DNA of 64,000 bases from an uncultured delta proteobacterium. Its GTDB lineage: Bacteria; Desulfobacterota; Binatia; UBA9968. The position numbers and the translations under genes are program-made. The notes beneath the pieces are model-generated. The model saw only the letters and a list, made by a program, of their open reading frames with translations. It was not told where the DNA came from and searched no databases. This document shows, piece after piece, positions 52,391-62,949 of this stretch. How positions within the stretch are numbered: the stretch's first letter is position 1; each line of letters begins with the position of its first letter. The DNA lies in the NCBI GenBank assembly GCA_963745035.1, contig CAVUVW010000013.1:1280001-1344000 (forward strand). Direction: 5' to 3'.

Positions 52391-53686
52391 CTCCCGAGAT
52401 CATCGGTCTCATCGGCATCATCGCTATGCTCGTGCTTCTTGGTTTGAAGGTGCCCGTCGGCATCGCCATGATCGTGGTCTCGGCTGCCGGTTACGGCTAT
52501 ATCATCCGGCCGTCCGCCGCGCTGGCGCGTTTGGGCTCGGATCCGTTCACGAGCGTGACGAGCTACGCATTCAGCGTTATTCCGCTGTTCATTTTGATGG
52601 GACTCTTCCTCGCCAACGCCAAGCTGGGCAGCGATCTCTTTACTTTCGTGAACGCTCTTTTGGGGCGACTCCGCGGCGGGATGGCGATGGCGACCATCGG
52701 CGCCAGCGCGCTTTTCTCCTCCGTCTGCGGCTCATCGATAGCCACCGCATCGACCATTGCCACAGTGACGGTTCCAGAGATGCGCAAGTACCACTATCAC
52801 GAAGGCCTCGCCGCCGGCGCCGCGGCTGCGGGAGGGACCCTTGGGCATTCTTATTCCGCCGAGCGCCGCTCTGGTTCTCTACGGTATCTTGACCGAAGAG
52901 CCGATCGGCAAGCTGCTGATTGCTGGTCTTTTGCCGGGGATCATGACCGCAGTCATCTTGATGATAGCCGCCTACCTGGTCGCGTTTTTCAAACCTCATC
53001 TCGCTCCCCTTGGCGCCGCAACCGAGCGGCCCGCGATCTGGCCAGCGCTGCGCAAAACCTGGGCGATACCCGCCATCTTCGCGACCAGTATCGGCGGCAT
53101 CTATGGAGGTATATTTACTCCGACCGAAGCCGGAGCGGTCGGCGCGTTTCTCTCGCTAGTGTTTACGGGAATTACCGGGCGCCTGTCATGGTCCTCATTC
53201 GTCGGCGCCTGCCAGCAGACGGCGCGCGTGACCGCGGTGATTTTTCTCATCGTCGTAGGCGGCAAGATGTTCGGTTATTTTCTTACCGTTACCCGCATTC
53301 CGCTCGTGATCACGAGCTTTATCGCTGCTCTGGAGGTTTCCCCTCTCGCCGTGATTTTTCTATTGTTCGCGCTTTATTTTGTCATGGGGGCTCTCATGGA
53401 TGAGATCGCCATCCTCGTCATCATGACTCCCATCGTCTATCCGCTGATCACCAAGCTGGGATACGATGGAGTTTGGTTCGGCGTGCTCACGATCATGATG
53501 CTGCTCACCGGACTGTTGACGCCGCCCGTGGGGCTCCTGAGCTTCATCGTGAGCGGTCTCACGGGAGTGCCGCTAAACAAAGTTTATGCCGGCGTCACAC
53601 CCTTCTGGATCGCTCTGATCGTCGCCATCTCTCTGGTGATTGTCTTTCCGGAAATCGTGCTGTTCCTGCCGAGATTAATGAAGTAA
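52387..53686 (+). CDS. dctM: TRAP transporter large permease (one frameshift)
   Basis: IPLFILMG, GTLGILIPPS, GIFTPTEAGAVG, GLLTPPVGL. Confidence 0.93.
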
Positions 53687-53723
53687 TTGAAACCACCGCG
53701 CGGATCAAATGCGCATGGGACGT

Positions 53724-53810
53724 CTAACAGGGTGTTAAAAAACCCTGATCTCAGGCTGTTCAAAATCCCGTTGCCCAGTCATCTCAATATTCGCCGACTT
53801 TTTCAAAGGG
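53724..53810. repeat. Decayed copy of the MITE-like terminal repeat family
   Basis: CTAACAGGGTGTTAAAAAA and CAGGCTGTTCAAAA resemble the end of the 61193-61368 element. Confidence 0.4.
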
Positions 53811-53905
53811 CGCGCTGGGTTTCACGCCGCGGCGCGCGCTTGCCGCTCGCGATGTCACGAAGGAACTCGCCTATTTTCGCGCGAGAAATTTGTTAGCCTG
53901 ACTCT

Positions 53906-54844
53906 GTGAAACGTAGCGTCGCGATTGCCGATCAACGCTCAGCGGCGCCGGTGACATCGCGTACGGTGGCGGTCGTCAACTGCTCGTCCGGCGCACCGCT
54001 GGACGGCCACCCCGACGAGCGGTTGCGCGAGATTTTGCAGGCCCGGCAATTACCCTGGGAAGTGTGGCCGGCGCGCGACGGCGCGGAGCTGTGCAACCTG
54101 GCGCGCAAGGCGGCGGCCAGCGACGCCCGCGTTGTCGTGGCGGCAGGCGGCGACGGCACGTTAAATACGGTAGGCTCCTGCCTCGCGGGCGGCGATAAGA
54201 TCCTCGGCGTTCTGCCCCTCGGCACGCTCAATCACTTCGCCAAAGACCTCGGCATTCCGCTGGAGCTCGGCGCCGCCATCGAGAACATCGCCGCCGGCCG
54301 GGTGGCGAGCGTCGACGTCGGCGAGGTCAACGGCCGGGTGTTTTTCAATAATTCGAGCATCGGTCTCTATCCCAGAATGGTCCGGCGCCGAGAGGCACGG
54401 CGCAAGCGGGGTCGGTCCAAATGGATCGCTGTGTCCTCGGCGCTGTTTCGCACTTTGAAACAATACGCGGCGTTTCGCGTCCGCGTCACCGCCGACGGGC
54501 GGCGCTTCAGCCGGCGGACGCCGATCCTGTTCGTCGGCAACAACGAATACCAAATCGAGGGACGGAGTTTCGGCGCGCGCAGGCGTTTGGACAGCGGCAA
54601 GCTGTACCTTTACGCGCTGCACAACACCGGACCCTGGGGACTGCTCAAGTTCGCGCTGAGAGCGCTGCTGAGCCGCGCTTGGCGCATCAAGGATTTTGAT
54701 GCGCTGGCGGCGCGCGAGATTATGGTGGAGCTCCGCCGTGAACGAGTCAGGGTGGCTTTGGATGGGGAGATTACCGAGCTCGAAACGCCGCTGCGCTACC
54801 GGATTCGCAGCGGCGCGCTGCGGGTGATCGTCCCAGCCGTCTGA
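53906..54844 (+). CDS. Diacylglycerol/lipid kinase family protein
   Basis: AAGGDGT, PLGTLNHFAKDLG, NNSSIG, ALDGE. Confidence 0.9.
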   Translation: MKRSVAIADQRSAAPVTSRTVAVVNCSSGAPLDGHPDERLREILQARQLPWEVWPARDGAELCNLARKAAASDARVVVAAGGDGTLNTVGSCLAGGDKILGVLPLGTLNHFAKDLGIPLELGAAIENIAAGRVASVDVGEVNGRVFFNNSSIGLYPRMVRRREARRKRGRSKWIAVSSALFRTLKQYAAFRVRVTADGRRFSRRTPILFVGNNEYQIEGRSFGARRRLDSGKLYLYALHNTGPWGLLKFALRALLSRAWRIKDFDALAAREIMVELRRERVRVALDGEITELETPLRYRIRSGALRVIVPAV

Positions 54845-54863
54845 AGCCGGATATCGAAACAAC

Positions 54864-55679
54864 ATGCGCGCGCTCGTCCATCTTTCCGATCTCCACTTCG
54901 GGAGCGTCCGCACCGCGCTCATCGAGCCGCTTATTGAAACGGTGCGCCGGATCCAACCCAGCCTGATCGCAATATCCGGCGATCTCACCCAGCGCGCGCG
55001 ACCGCAGCAATTTCGCGACGCGCGCTCGTTTCTGGACCGTCTGGCGGCGCCGCGCATCGTAGTTCCCGGCAATCACGACGTGCCGCTATATAACCTCTTT
55101 GCCCGGTTCCGCGGACTCGCCGGATACCGCCGCTATCTGGCGCGCGATTTGGAGCCGTTTTACCGCGACGGAGAGCTCGCCGTTCTCGGCGTCAACACCG
55201 CTCGCGCCCTCGCTTTCAAGGGCGGCCGGATCAACAAGCGACAGGTGATGCGCGCCGCCGCCCTGCTCGCCGATCAGCCCGAAGCCGTGACCAAGATCAT
55301 CGTGTCGCATCATCCGTTCGACTTGCCCGAAACGTATCGCCGCAGAGCCCTGGTGGGCCGAGCGCATATGGCGGTTGAGCGGCTGAACGACTGTCGGGTC
55401 GATCTCTATCTCGCCGGCCATTTTCATATCGGCGGCGCCGCGCCCACCGCCTTTCGCGTTCCCGTCAACGGCTTTTCCTCGGTCATCGTGCAAGCCGGCA
55501 CGGCGCTGTCGGATCGCACGCGCGGCGAGCCGAATGCTTTCAACGTCATTCGCATCGATCCGCCCAGGCTGTCGGTCGAGCGCTTCGAGTGGGCGGCCGC
55601 GCGCGCTTCTTTCACGGTCGCGGAAACGCTCTACTTCCAGCGCGGCCCGTCGGGTTGGGCGCACCGATCCGCGCCGTGA
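54864..55679 (+). CDS. Calcineurin-like metallophosphoesterase
   Basis: SDLHFG, SGDLTQ, PGNHD, SHHP, AGHFH. Confidence 0.92.
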   Translation: MRALVHLSDLHFGSVRTALIEPLIETVRRIQPSLIAISGDLTQRARPQQFRDARSFLDRLAAPRIVVPGNHDVPLYNLFARFRGLAGYRRYLARDLEPFYRDGELAVLGVNTARALAFKGGRINKRQVMRAAALLADQPEAVTKIIVSHHPFDLPETYRRRALVGRAHMAVERLNDCRVDLYLAGHFHIGGAAPTAFRVPVNGFSSVIVQAGTALSDRTRGEPNAFNVIRIDPPRLSVERFEWAAARASFTVAETLYFQRGPSGWAHRSAP

Positions 55680-55819
55680 AGCGTGACGTTTGGCCTCGTC
55701 CCACAATCGGCAACCGCTCTGCTTGCCCACTGTCCTAAGTTTGTTGCAGCGCCGTTTGATGAAGAATCGCAGCGCGCCGCTCTCCCCCGATCGCGAGCGG
55801 CATTTCCCGGTGGCACCCG

Positions 55820-55834
55820 TGGCACACCCTTTGC
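55820..55834 (+). promoter_or_regulatory. Putative sigma54 (-24/-12) promoter
   Basis: TGGCAC-ACCCT-TTGC, about 85 nt upstream of the SRPBCC gene. Confidence 0.6.
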
Positions 55835-55919
55835 GGTTTTCCCTTTGCGATTCCATTGCCGAGTTGATTCGCTTCGGGTTTGGCACATCGGAAAGTAAAA
55901 TCTCTTAACGGAGGACGGT

Positions 55920-56978
55920 ATGGCAAAGTCAGAACTTTCGGAAGGAGAAAACCGCCGTTTCGAGCCGGCAACGGCGGATTACGAAACGATGCGTGACGAG
56001 CGCTATGAGCGCTCATCGCTTGGAGCGCACGGCGGACTGGAGCGAAACGGCAGGCGGCGTATCGACGGCGATGCCGCTCAGGCGCAGCGGCTTGCGCGCG
56101 CGCTGGGCTGGTTCAGCATCGGTCTCGGCGTCACCGAAGTGGCGGCAGCCGGCGCCGTGGCGCGCTTAGTCGGAATCAATGGCCGCCGCGGGCTGGTGCG
56201 CGCGCTGGGCGCGCGCGAGATCGCCCACGGTATCGGCATACTCAGCCGGCGCATGCCCACCGGCTGGGTATGGTCTCGCGTTTTAGGGGACGTCGTCGAC
56301 CTGGCCGTGCTCGGCAGAGCCGCCGCTTTGCCGCAAGCGAACCGTCTCAGAGTGGCGGCGGCCGCGGCGGCGATCACCGGTGTTACCGTGCTCGATTTCA
56401 AGGCCGGCCAGCAGCTGAGCCGCGCCGCCGAAGAAATCGAGGAAGACGAATCCATTCACATCGTCAAAAGCATCCACATCAACCGGCCCGCCGAGGAGAT
56501 CTACCGCTTCTGGCGCGATTTCGAAAATCTTCCGCGTGTCATGCAACACCTGGAGTCGGTGGCGGTTACGGGAGAAAGGCGGTCGCGCTGGGTGGCCAAG
56601 GGACCTGCGGGCGCGACCATCGAGTGGGAAGCTGAAACCGTCGAAGATCGTCCCAACGAAGCGATCGCGTGGCGCTCCATCGAAGGCGCAACGGTCGAAA
56701 ATTCCGGATCGGTAAAGTTCGCGCCTGCCCACGGCGGGCGCGGCACGCTGGTGATTATCCGATTGGACTACAACCCGCCGGCAGGCCTCGTCGGCGCCGC
56801 CGTCGCCAAGCTTTTCGGCGAAGAGCCGGCGCTGCAGATCGAAGAGGACCTGCGCCGGCTGAAACAGATCATGGAAACCGGCGAGGTAATTACCACGGAA
56901 GGCCAACCCGCCGGACGCGCCAAAAGCACGTCGTGGAAATACGACTATGCGGGCCGCCGGCTCGCCGCGGCTTTTTGA
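55920..56978 (+). CDS. SRPBCC cyclase/dehydrase family protein with N-terminal membrane domain
   Basis: [40 protein letters not shown]. Confidence 0.88.
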   Translation: MAKSELSEGENRRFEPATADYETMRDERYERSSLGAHGGLERNGRRRIDGDAAQAQRLARALGWFSIGLGVTEVAAAGAVARLVGINGRRGLVRALGAREIAHGIGILSRRMPTGWVWSRVLGDVVDLAVLGRAAALPQANRLRVAAAAAAITGVTVLDFKAGQQLSRAAEEIEEDESIHIVKSIHINRPAEEIYRFWRDFENLPRVMQHLESVAVTGERRSRWVAKGPAGATIEWEAETVEDRPNEAIAWRSIEGATVENSGSVKFAPAHGGRGTLVIIRLDYNPPAGLVGAAVAKLFGEEPALQIEEDLRRLKQIMETGEVITTEGQPAGRAKSTSWKYDYAGRRLAAAF

Positions 56979-56998
56979 CTCTGCGAAGGAGAAAAACC

Positions 56999-58172
56999 AT
57001 GAAAGCAAACTGCTGGTACGGCAAACACGACGTGCGCGTCGAAGAAGTCAACGATCCGAAGATTTTGAACCGGCGCGACGCGGTGATCAAGATCACCAAG
57101 ACGGCGATCTGCGGCTCCGATCTCCATCTATACAACGGCCTGATTCCGACCATGGAAGCCGGTGACATCCTCGGCCACGAATTCATGGGCGAAGTTGTCG
57201 AGTGCGGGCCGGAAGTGCACAGGCTGCAAGATCGGCGACCGCGTCGTGGTTGCGTTCCCGATCTCGTGCGGCAACTGCTTCTTCTGTCAGAAGGAGCTGT
57301 TTTCGCTCTGCGAGAATTCCAATCCGAACGCGCCGCTCGCGGAAAAGCTGTTCGGACATTCGCCCGCCGGTCTGTTCGGCTACTCGCACATGCTCGGCGG
57401 ATTCGCCGGCGGTCAGGCGCAGTACGCGCGCGTGCCGTTTGCCGATATCGGCGCGCTCAAGATCCCGAACGGAATCCCGGACGAGAAAGTGCTGTTTCTT
57501 TCGGATATTTTTCCGACCGGATACATGGCGGCCGAGAATTGCAACATTCAGCCCGGCGATACGGTGGCGGTGTGGGGCTGCGGTCCGGTGGGGCAGTTCG
57601 CGATCGCCAGCGCCAAACTGCTCGGCGCGGAGCGGGTCATTGCCATCGACCGTTTTCCCGAGCGGCTGCGCATGGCGGCCGACAAAGCCGGCGCCGCCGC
57701 CACGATAAACTACGAAGAGGACAGTGTGTACGAAACGTTGATGGAAATGACCGGCGGCCTCGGACCCGACGCGTGCATCGACGCCGTCGGCATGGAAGCC
57801 CATGCGCCGGGTCTGCTGGGCGCCTACGACCGGGTCAAGCAGAGCGTCATGCTCGAATCGGACCGGCCTTACGTTTTTCGCCAGGCGATCATGGCCTGCC
57901 GCAAAGGCGGCACGGTCTCGGTGCCGGGGGTGTACGGCGGGTTCGACGACAAGATTCCCCTGGGTTCATTGGTGAACAAGGGACTGACCCTTAAAACCGG
58001 ACAGACCCACGTCCAACATTATTGGGAGCCGCTGCTGCAAAGAATCGAAAACGGAGACATCGATCCGAGCTTCGTAATCACCCATCGCATGCAGTTGGAG
58101 GATGCGCCGAGGGGTTACGATATTTTTCTCAACAAACAGCAGGACTGCATCAAAGTCGTGCTGACGCCGTAG
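56999..58172 (+). CDS. Zn-dependent alcohol dehydrogenase (formaldehyde dehydrogenase-like; one frameshift)
   Basis: [22 protein letters not shown] ... [16 protein letters not shown]. Confidence 0.92.
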
Positions 58173-58279
58173 ACGAAACTTCGTCGCCGTGTGCGGATCC
58201 GGACACACCGCTCGCGGTTGTTCGGAAAGTCATCGGCACAGGGCGTTTTTGGTCATACCGATCGCGCTTGAACTCCCGC

Positions 58280-59683
58280 TCAGGCGCGCAGCAGCGGGCG
58301 CAGGCTGCGCACGTCGCGCACCTTCTCGAGAGTCCAGATCGTGTCGCAGAGCTTGCGCGCGCGCAAGCGGCCAATCACCGAAGCCGCCAGGTCGTAGCAT
58401 TTTTCGTCGACCTCGCTCCGCTCCATCGGATTTTCGGCACTGCCGCGCACGGCCGTAACGTGATGCCTCAACTCGCGCCCGTCGCGCAGCGTGATCTCGA
58501 CAATTCCCTGCCGGCTCGGCATCGCCGCGGACAGCGCGTCATCGCCGCGCAACTCGATGCGGCGGCGCAGCGCCAGCACCTCCCGGTCGCGCATGCGCTT
58601 TTCGTCGTGCGAGGACGCAAACGTGATCTTGCCGTCGATTAACATGACCGCGCACATGTGCTGCATGCAGATGTCGGGCATGGCGCGGTTGTCCACGGTA
58701 TTTGCGCCCTGGTGCGCCACCCGCACGATGACTCGCTCGACGTCTTCCGCGCTGATTTTGTGCGCCTGGATGAGATCGCGCAGTGCATCGAGCGGCGCCT
58801 GGATGGGTGAGCCCACCGACCAGCGTTTGATATTCGTCTTCATGATTTCATAAACGGTCCCGAGCCCGCGCGTCAATACGGCGGGATCCGGTTTGCGGCC
58901 GTACGCGACGAAGAAGTTGCGTTCGCCGGCGAACACGTCATCGACGCCGGTGAAACCGTGAGCGACCATGGTCGCCGCCGCCACGCCGTTCCGCGCCGGC
59001 ATGCCGCCGAAGTCGAATGCTTTTTCGACGTGTTCTCCGTCGCGCATCCAGCACGAGATGCCCGAGGCTTGTTGGGCGGTGAAAGAGAGCAGATGGCGCA
59101 CTTGGCGCTCTCGGAGGCCCGCCAGTGCGCCGGCCGCCGCGGCGGCGCCGAACATCGGCCCGAAGCTGTGGGTCGAATGGCCATCTTCGCGGAATCGGGT
59201 CGCGTCGAGGGATTGCGTCAAGCGGCAACAGATGTCGTAGCCGAGCGCAACGGCGCGGAGCAGCGCGGTGCCGTGGCGCCGCTCGCGCTCCGCCATGGCG
59301 AGAGCGGCAGGCACGACGCCGCAGCCCGGATGAGTCTGTGACGGCGCATGGGAATCGTCGGTTTCATCGGCGTGCGCGAGCATGCCGTTGGCCAAGGCGG
59401 CGTTTACGGCCGTGGTCATGAGATTGCTGCCTACGACGCAGGCTTCTTTGACGCCGCCAAGGGTTTGGACATAGCCGATCGCTTTCTTTCCGGGTGGGAG
59501 GCGAGACCCGGAAATCATCGCGACGATCGTGTCGAGGATATGATGCTTGGTCTTTTCGACGACGGCGTTGGGAAGCGGCTTGCGCGGCGCCGACGCGATG
59601 TAAGCGCTGAGCTCGCCCATTATAGGTGAGATCACCGGCTGCGGTTTTTTCAAAAGCGCATCCTTCGTCGCTTCGCTCCCCAT
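58280..59683 (-). CDS. MmgE/PrpD family protein
   Basis: ANGMLAHADETDDSH, THPG, VRGSAENPM. Confidence 0.9.
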   Translation of the reverse strand: MGSEATKDALLKKPQPVISPIMGELSAYIASAPRKPLPNAVVEKTKHHILDTIVAMISGSRLPPGKKAIGYVQTLGGVKEACVVGSNLMTTAVNAALANGMLAHADETDDSHAPSQTHPGCGVVPAALAMAERERRHGTALLRAVALGYDICCRLTQSLDATRFREDGHSTHSFGPMFGAAAAAGALAGLRERQVRHLLSFTAQQASGISCWMRDGEHVEKAFDFGGMPARNGVAAATMVAHGFTGVDDVFAGERNFFVAYGRKPDPAVLTRGLGTVYEIMKTNIKRWSVGSPIQAPLDALRDLIQAHKISAEDVERVIVRVAHQGANTVDNRAMPDICMQHMCAVMLIDGKITFASSHDEKRMRDREVLALRRRIELRGDDALSAAMPSRQGIVEITLRDGRELRHHVTAVRGSAENPMERSEVDEKCYDLAASVIGRLRARKLCDTIWTLEKVRDVRSLRPLLRA

Positions 59684-59753
59684 AGTCGGCGCATGGGTCG
59701 CCGATTCACCAAATCCAGGTTTGGAAGATGGCCGGTAGCGATTCTTTCCACGC

Positions 59754-61081
59754 TCACTCGAAAACGAGATTGCCCCGTGAGTCGCGGATCAGCCCCCTCC
59801 CGTCGATCGAGGACGGCATGTTCTCGGGACCGATTTTAAGCTCGTCGATCTTTACGTGGCCGTGGAATGTGTCCACTTCGAGCATGCCGTTGTCCGCGCG
59901 CAGCGGCGCCCTTTGGGATCTTTGCCCTGGGCGACGTCATCCATCGCCTTGTGCCAGATCCGCCGCATCATGATGACGCCGCGATCGGAGCTGGCGAGAT
60001 GCTCGAGCCGGCGCTCGGGTATCGCGCCTTGGGATTCCTGCAGGACCAGATCTTCCAGAGCGGGAATGCCTTCCCAGTTCGAATACTTCCTCTTGTCGTA
60101 GCTCTTTTTCTCGACGGTGCCCTGCAGACCTTGTGGCAGGCCGAAGATCCAGGCGCCTTGAAAATTTCCTTTGCGCATCAGGTTGTAGCGAAACAGCTCG
60201 AAGTGAGTGTCGTCGATGATGCGAATCATGCCGCCGCCCTCTTGACGCTCGTCGGTGAAATCCGGCGGAAAACCGGAGCGGATGCCGGAGAAGCGCCAGT
60301 GGATCGGGATCGCCATGCTCCAGGTATTGACGAACTTGACGTCAGGATCGCCGGTGTCGAGCACGCGACACCGTTTTCATGCCGTATTCGGTTTCCACGT
60401 GCTCGAGCGGCAGGGGCATCCAGTTTTTTATCGTTTCGTCATTGTATGGTTTGAGCTCGGGCGGGACGTCACGCACTTCCAGACCATGCAGAATGACCGC
60501 GTGGCCCATGTCGGCGAAATTTTCCATCCAGTTGAGATAATTGTAATTGCGCACGTCGCCGTGCGACGATGCGCACCTCGCCGTCGGTGCGAGCCAGCAC
60601 GTCGATCTTCGGGAGCGGCGGTGGATTTTCTTTTTCCGGTCCCATGTAGGTCCAAACGACGCCGCCCCACTCCTGCACCGGATACCAAAGATGACGAATA
60701 TTCGACTTCAGATCGCTATCGCGCGGCTCCAACGGCTGATCGATGCAGCGTCCCTTAACGTCGTATTTCCAACCGTGATACGAGCACATGAGGCCGTCTT
60801 CGCGCACCTGGCCGTACTCCAAGCGAAGCGAGCCGATGCGGACAACGAATACCCAGCAAGCCCCGCCGTCCTTTGCCGTCGCGAAATGCAACCAAGTCCT
60901 CGCACAACATTCTCACGGCAACCGGGATATCCTTGAGATTGGCCGACAAACAGACGGGATGCCAATAACGCCGCAGCATCTCTCCCGCTCGGGTGCCCGG
61001 CCCTGTGCGTGGCAGCTCATCGAGCAGTCTTTGGTAAGCGCTTAGCCCCGGAGCCGCGCTGTCCGCTTTCGCATCAGCCAT
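59754..61081 (-). CDS. Rieske [2Fe-2S] non-heme iron oxygenase alpha subunit, phthalate-dioxygenase-like (frameshifted)
   Basis: GPGTRAGEMLRRYWHPV, CPHR and CSYHGW Rieske motifs, ENFADMGHAVILH, EHLASSDRGV. Confidence 0.88.
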
Positions 61082-61192
61082 TTCTTGGACCTCCACATTG
61101 GTAAGCCATGCAGCAAAATTACAAAGATAGCCGGTTGGCTGTCAATAACTCGCGGCAGTGAGCTATTCTAGCCATTGGACGAAACCCGGATG

Positions 61193-61368
61193 GCAGGCTG
61201 CTCAAAAAGATCTCAGAGGCGAGGCGCGCGAAAAATCGATCCTTCGGCTTCGCTCAGGACAGGCTAGGCTCCAGGCGTACATCGGCAGTACGCTGACGCG
61301 AGGCGATTGAGCGCACCCTTCGACGGTGCTCAGGGCAATCGGCATGTGAGTCTTTTTCAGCAGCCTGC
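61193..61368. mobile_element. MITE-like non-coding element with 18-bp terminal inverted repeats
   Basis: Left GCAGGCTGCTCAAAAAGA and right TCTTTTTCAGCAGCCTGC (17/18 complementary); no coding ORF. Confidence 0.7.
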
Positions 61369-61450
61369 TGGCCATTGACCGCGAACGATATGCATTGCTA
61401 AAGTGCGGTTGAATCGAGGAACGACTAGCTCCCTTACTCGGAGGTGAACT

Positions 61451-62570
61451 ATGGCCATCGGATTATCCCACGGCGGAACCAATGTTTATTCGGCGGCGAC
61501 AAGCTCACGCGAGCTTTGGGTCGCAACCCAGGACGGACTGGTACTATTCGAGCGCGGCGACAATGGCAAATGGCGTGAGTCGCGGCGCAGCCTGCGCGGC
61601 AATCATATCAGCTCGATCATCTTCGAGCGCCAACAGCGGCACCATGTTCGCCGGCGCATTCTTCGGCTCGATTCACGCCAGCGCGGACGGCGGAAAGACC
61701 TGGGAGCGGCGTGACAACGGTATGGGGATTCACGACGTTTACAGTCTCGCTTCGACCGTCGTCGACGGCAAAGTACGAGTCTATGCCGGCACCCAACCGG
61801 CGCATCTTTTCGTGAGCGAAGATCTGGGCCTGCACTGGAGCGAGATCCCCTCTCTGCGCAACGTGCCGTCTGCCGCACAGTGGTCGTTTCCGGCGCCGCC
61901 GCACATCGCCCACACGAAATTTATCACCTTCGATCCACACAACTCGAAAACAATCTATGCCTGCATCGAACAGGGCGCATTCTTAAAGAGCACCGATGAG
62001 GGAAAAAGCTGGGCCGAGCTCAACACCGTCGGCTTTTACAAGGACAAGGACCGACCGGTGGAGCACTTCTATGATGTGCACCGCTGCTTGATCGATCCCC
62101 GCGATCCGAGCAAAATTTACGTCACCGGCGGCGCTGGGCTTTACGTTACGAATAGCGGCGGCGGAAGTTGGGAGCGCTGGACCGCGTCTGACTGGGCCGC
62201 TGACGTCTACCCCGACGGCTTCACCTGGAATCCGAAAAATCCCGATCTCATGTTCGTCGCGGCGGCCGAACACAATCCCGTGACCTGGCGGAAAGCCGGC
62301 CCGCAGGCGCGCGCCGAAGGAAAGATTTACCGCAGCGAAGACTGCGGCAGGAATTGGCAACGCCTCGCGGGCGGGCTGCCGGAAAGCCTGAAGCATGAAT
62401 TCGGGGCGCTCTGTCTCGAAGAAACCAACGGTACCTGTTCGATCTTCGGCGGTACCACCGGCGGCGAAGTTTTTTGCAGCGAAGACAATGGCGAGAGCTG
62501 GACGCTGATCACTTCGGACCTGGCGCCGATTTCCAAGAAGGGACACGAGAGGCTGCTGGCGGCGAGCTGA
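61451..62570 (+). CDS. BNR/Asp-box repeat beta-propeller protein (one frameshift)
   Basis: GGAGG RBS; ASADGGKTW, VSEDLGLHW, KSTDEGKSW, RSEDCGRNW, CSEDNGESW. Confidence 0.85.
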
Positions 62571-62949
62571 ATCAATTCATCGACGAGCGCATAGGAGATT
62601 TGTCGCTTCTCCCCCCTCCACTCCCGTCAGGGGAGAATTGGAGAGTCTCAACCGCTTCATTGCAGACGCGACATCTGAGCCACGCCAGCTTCGAGCAAGT
62701 GACGCGCTCGGACGAGACGCGCGCGAGACTTCCGGCGACATTGCTCGCTTTCTGTCAAGCCAGCTGCGTCACGGCGGTGGCTCAAGGAAATTTCAAATCC
62801 GCATCGGTTTCTCCAGAAAGCAGTTGATGCACGAGCTCGACGCCGCTGGCGCGCGAAACCCGACGCGAAGTTATCTGTTCTTCCTCGACGGAAGCTGCCC
62901 GCTTCATCCTCGCCATCGGCACGAGGAAACGTCCGGAGGGACTTCTGCC

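Noticed and set aside
56669-57994. 441 aa ORF that seems to fuse SRPBCC-region sequence with the dehydrogenase
   Set aside because: Produced by one frameshift near 57225; the real gene starts at 56999 after an AAGGAG RBS
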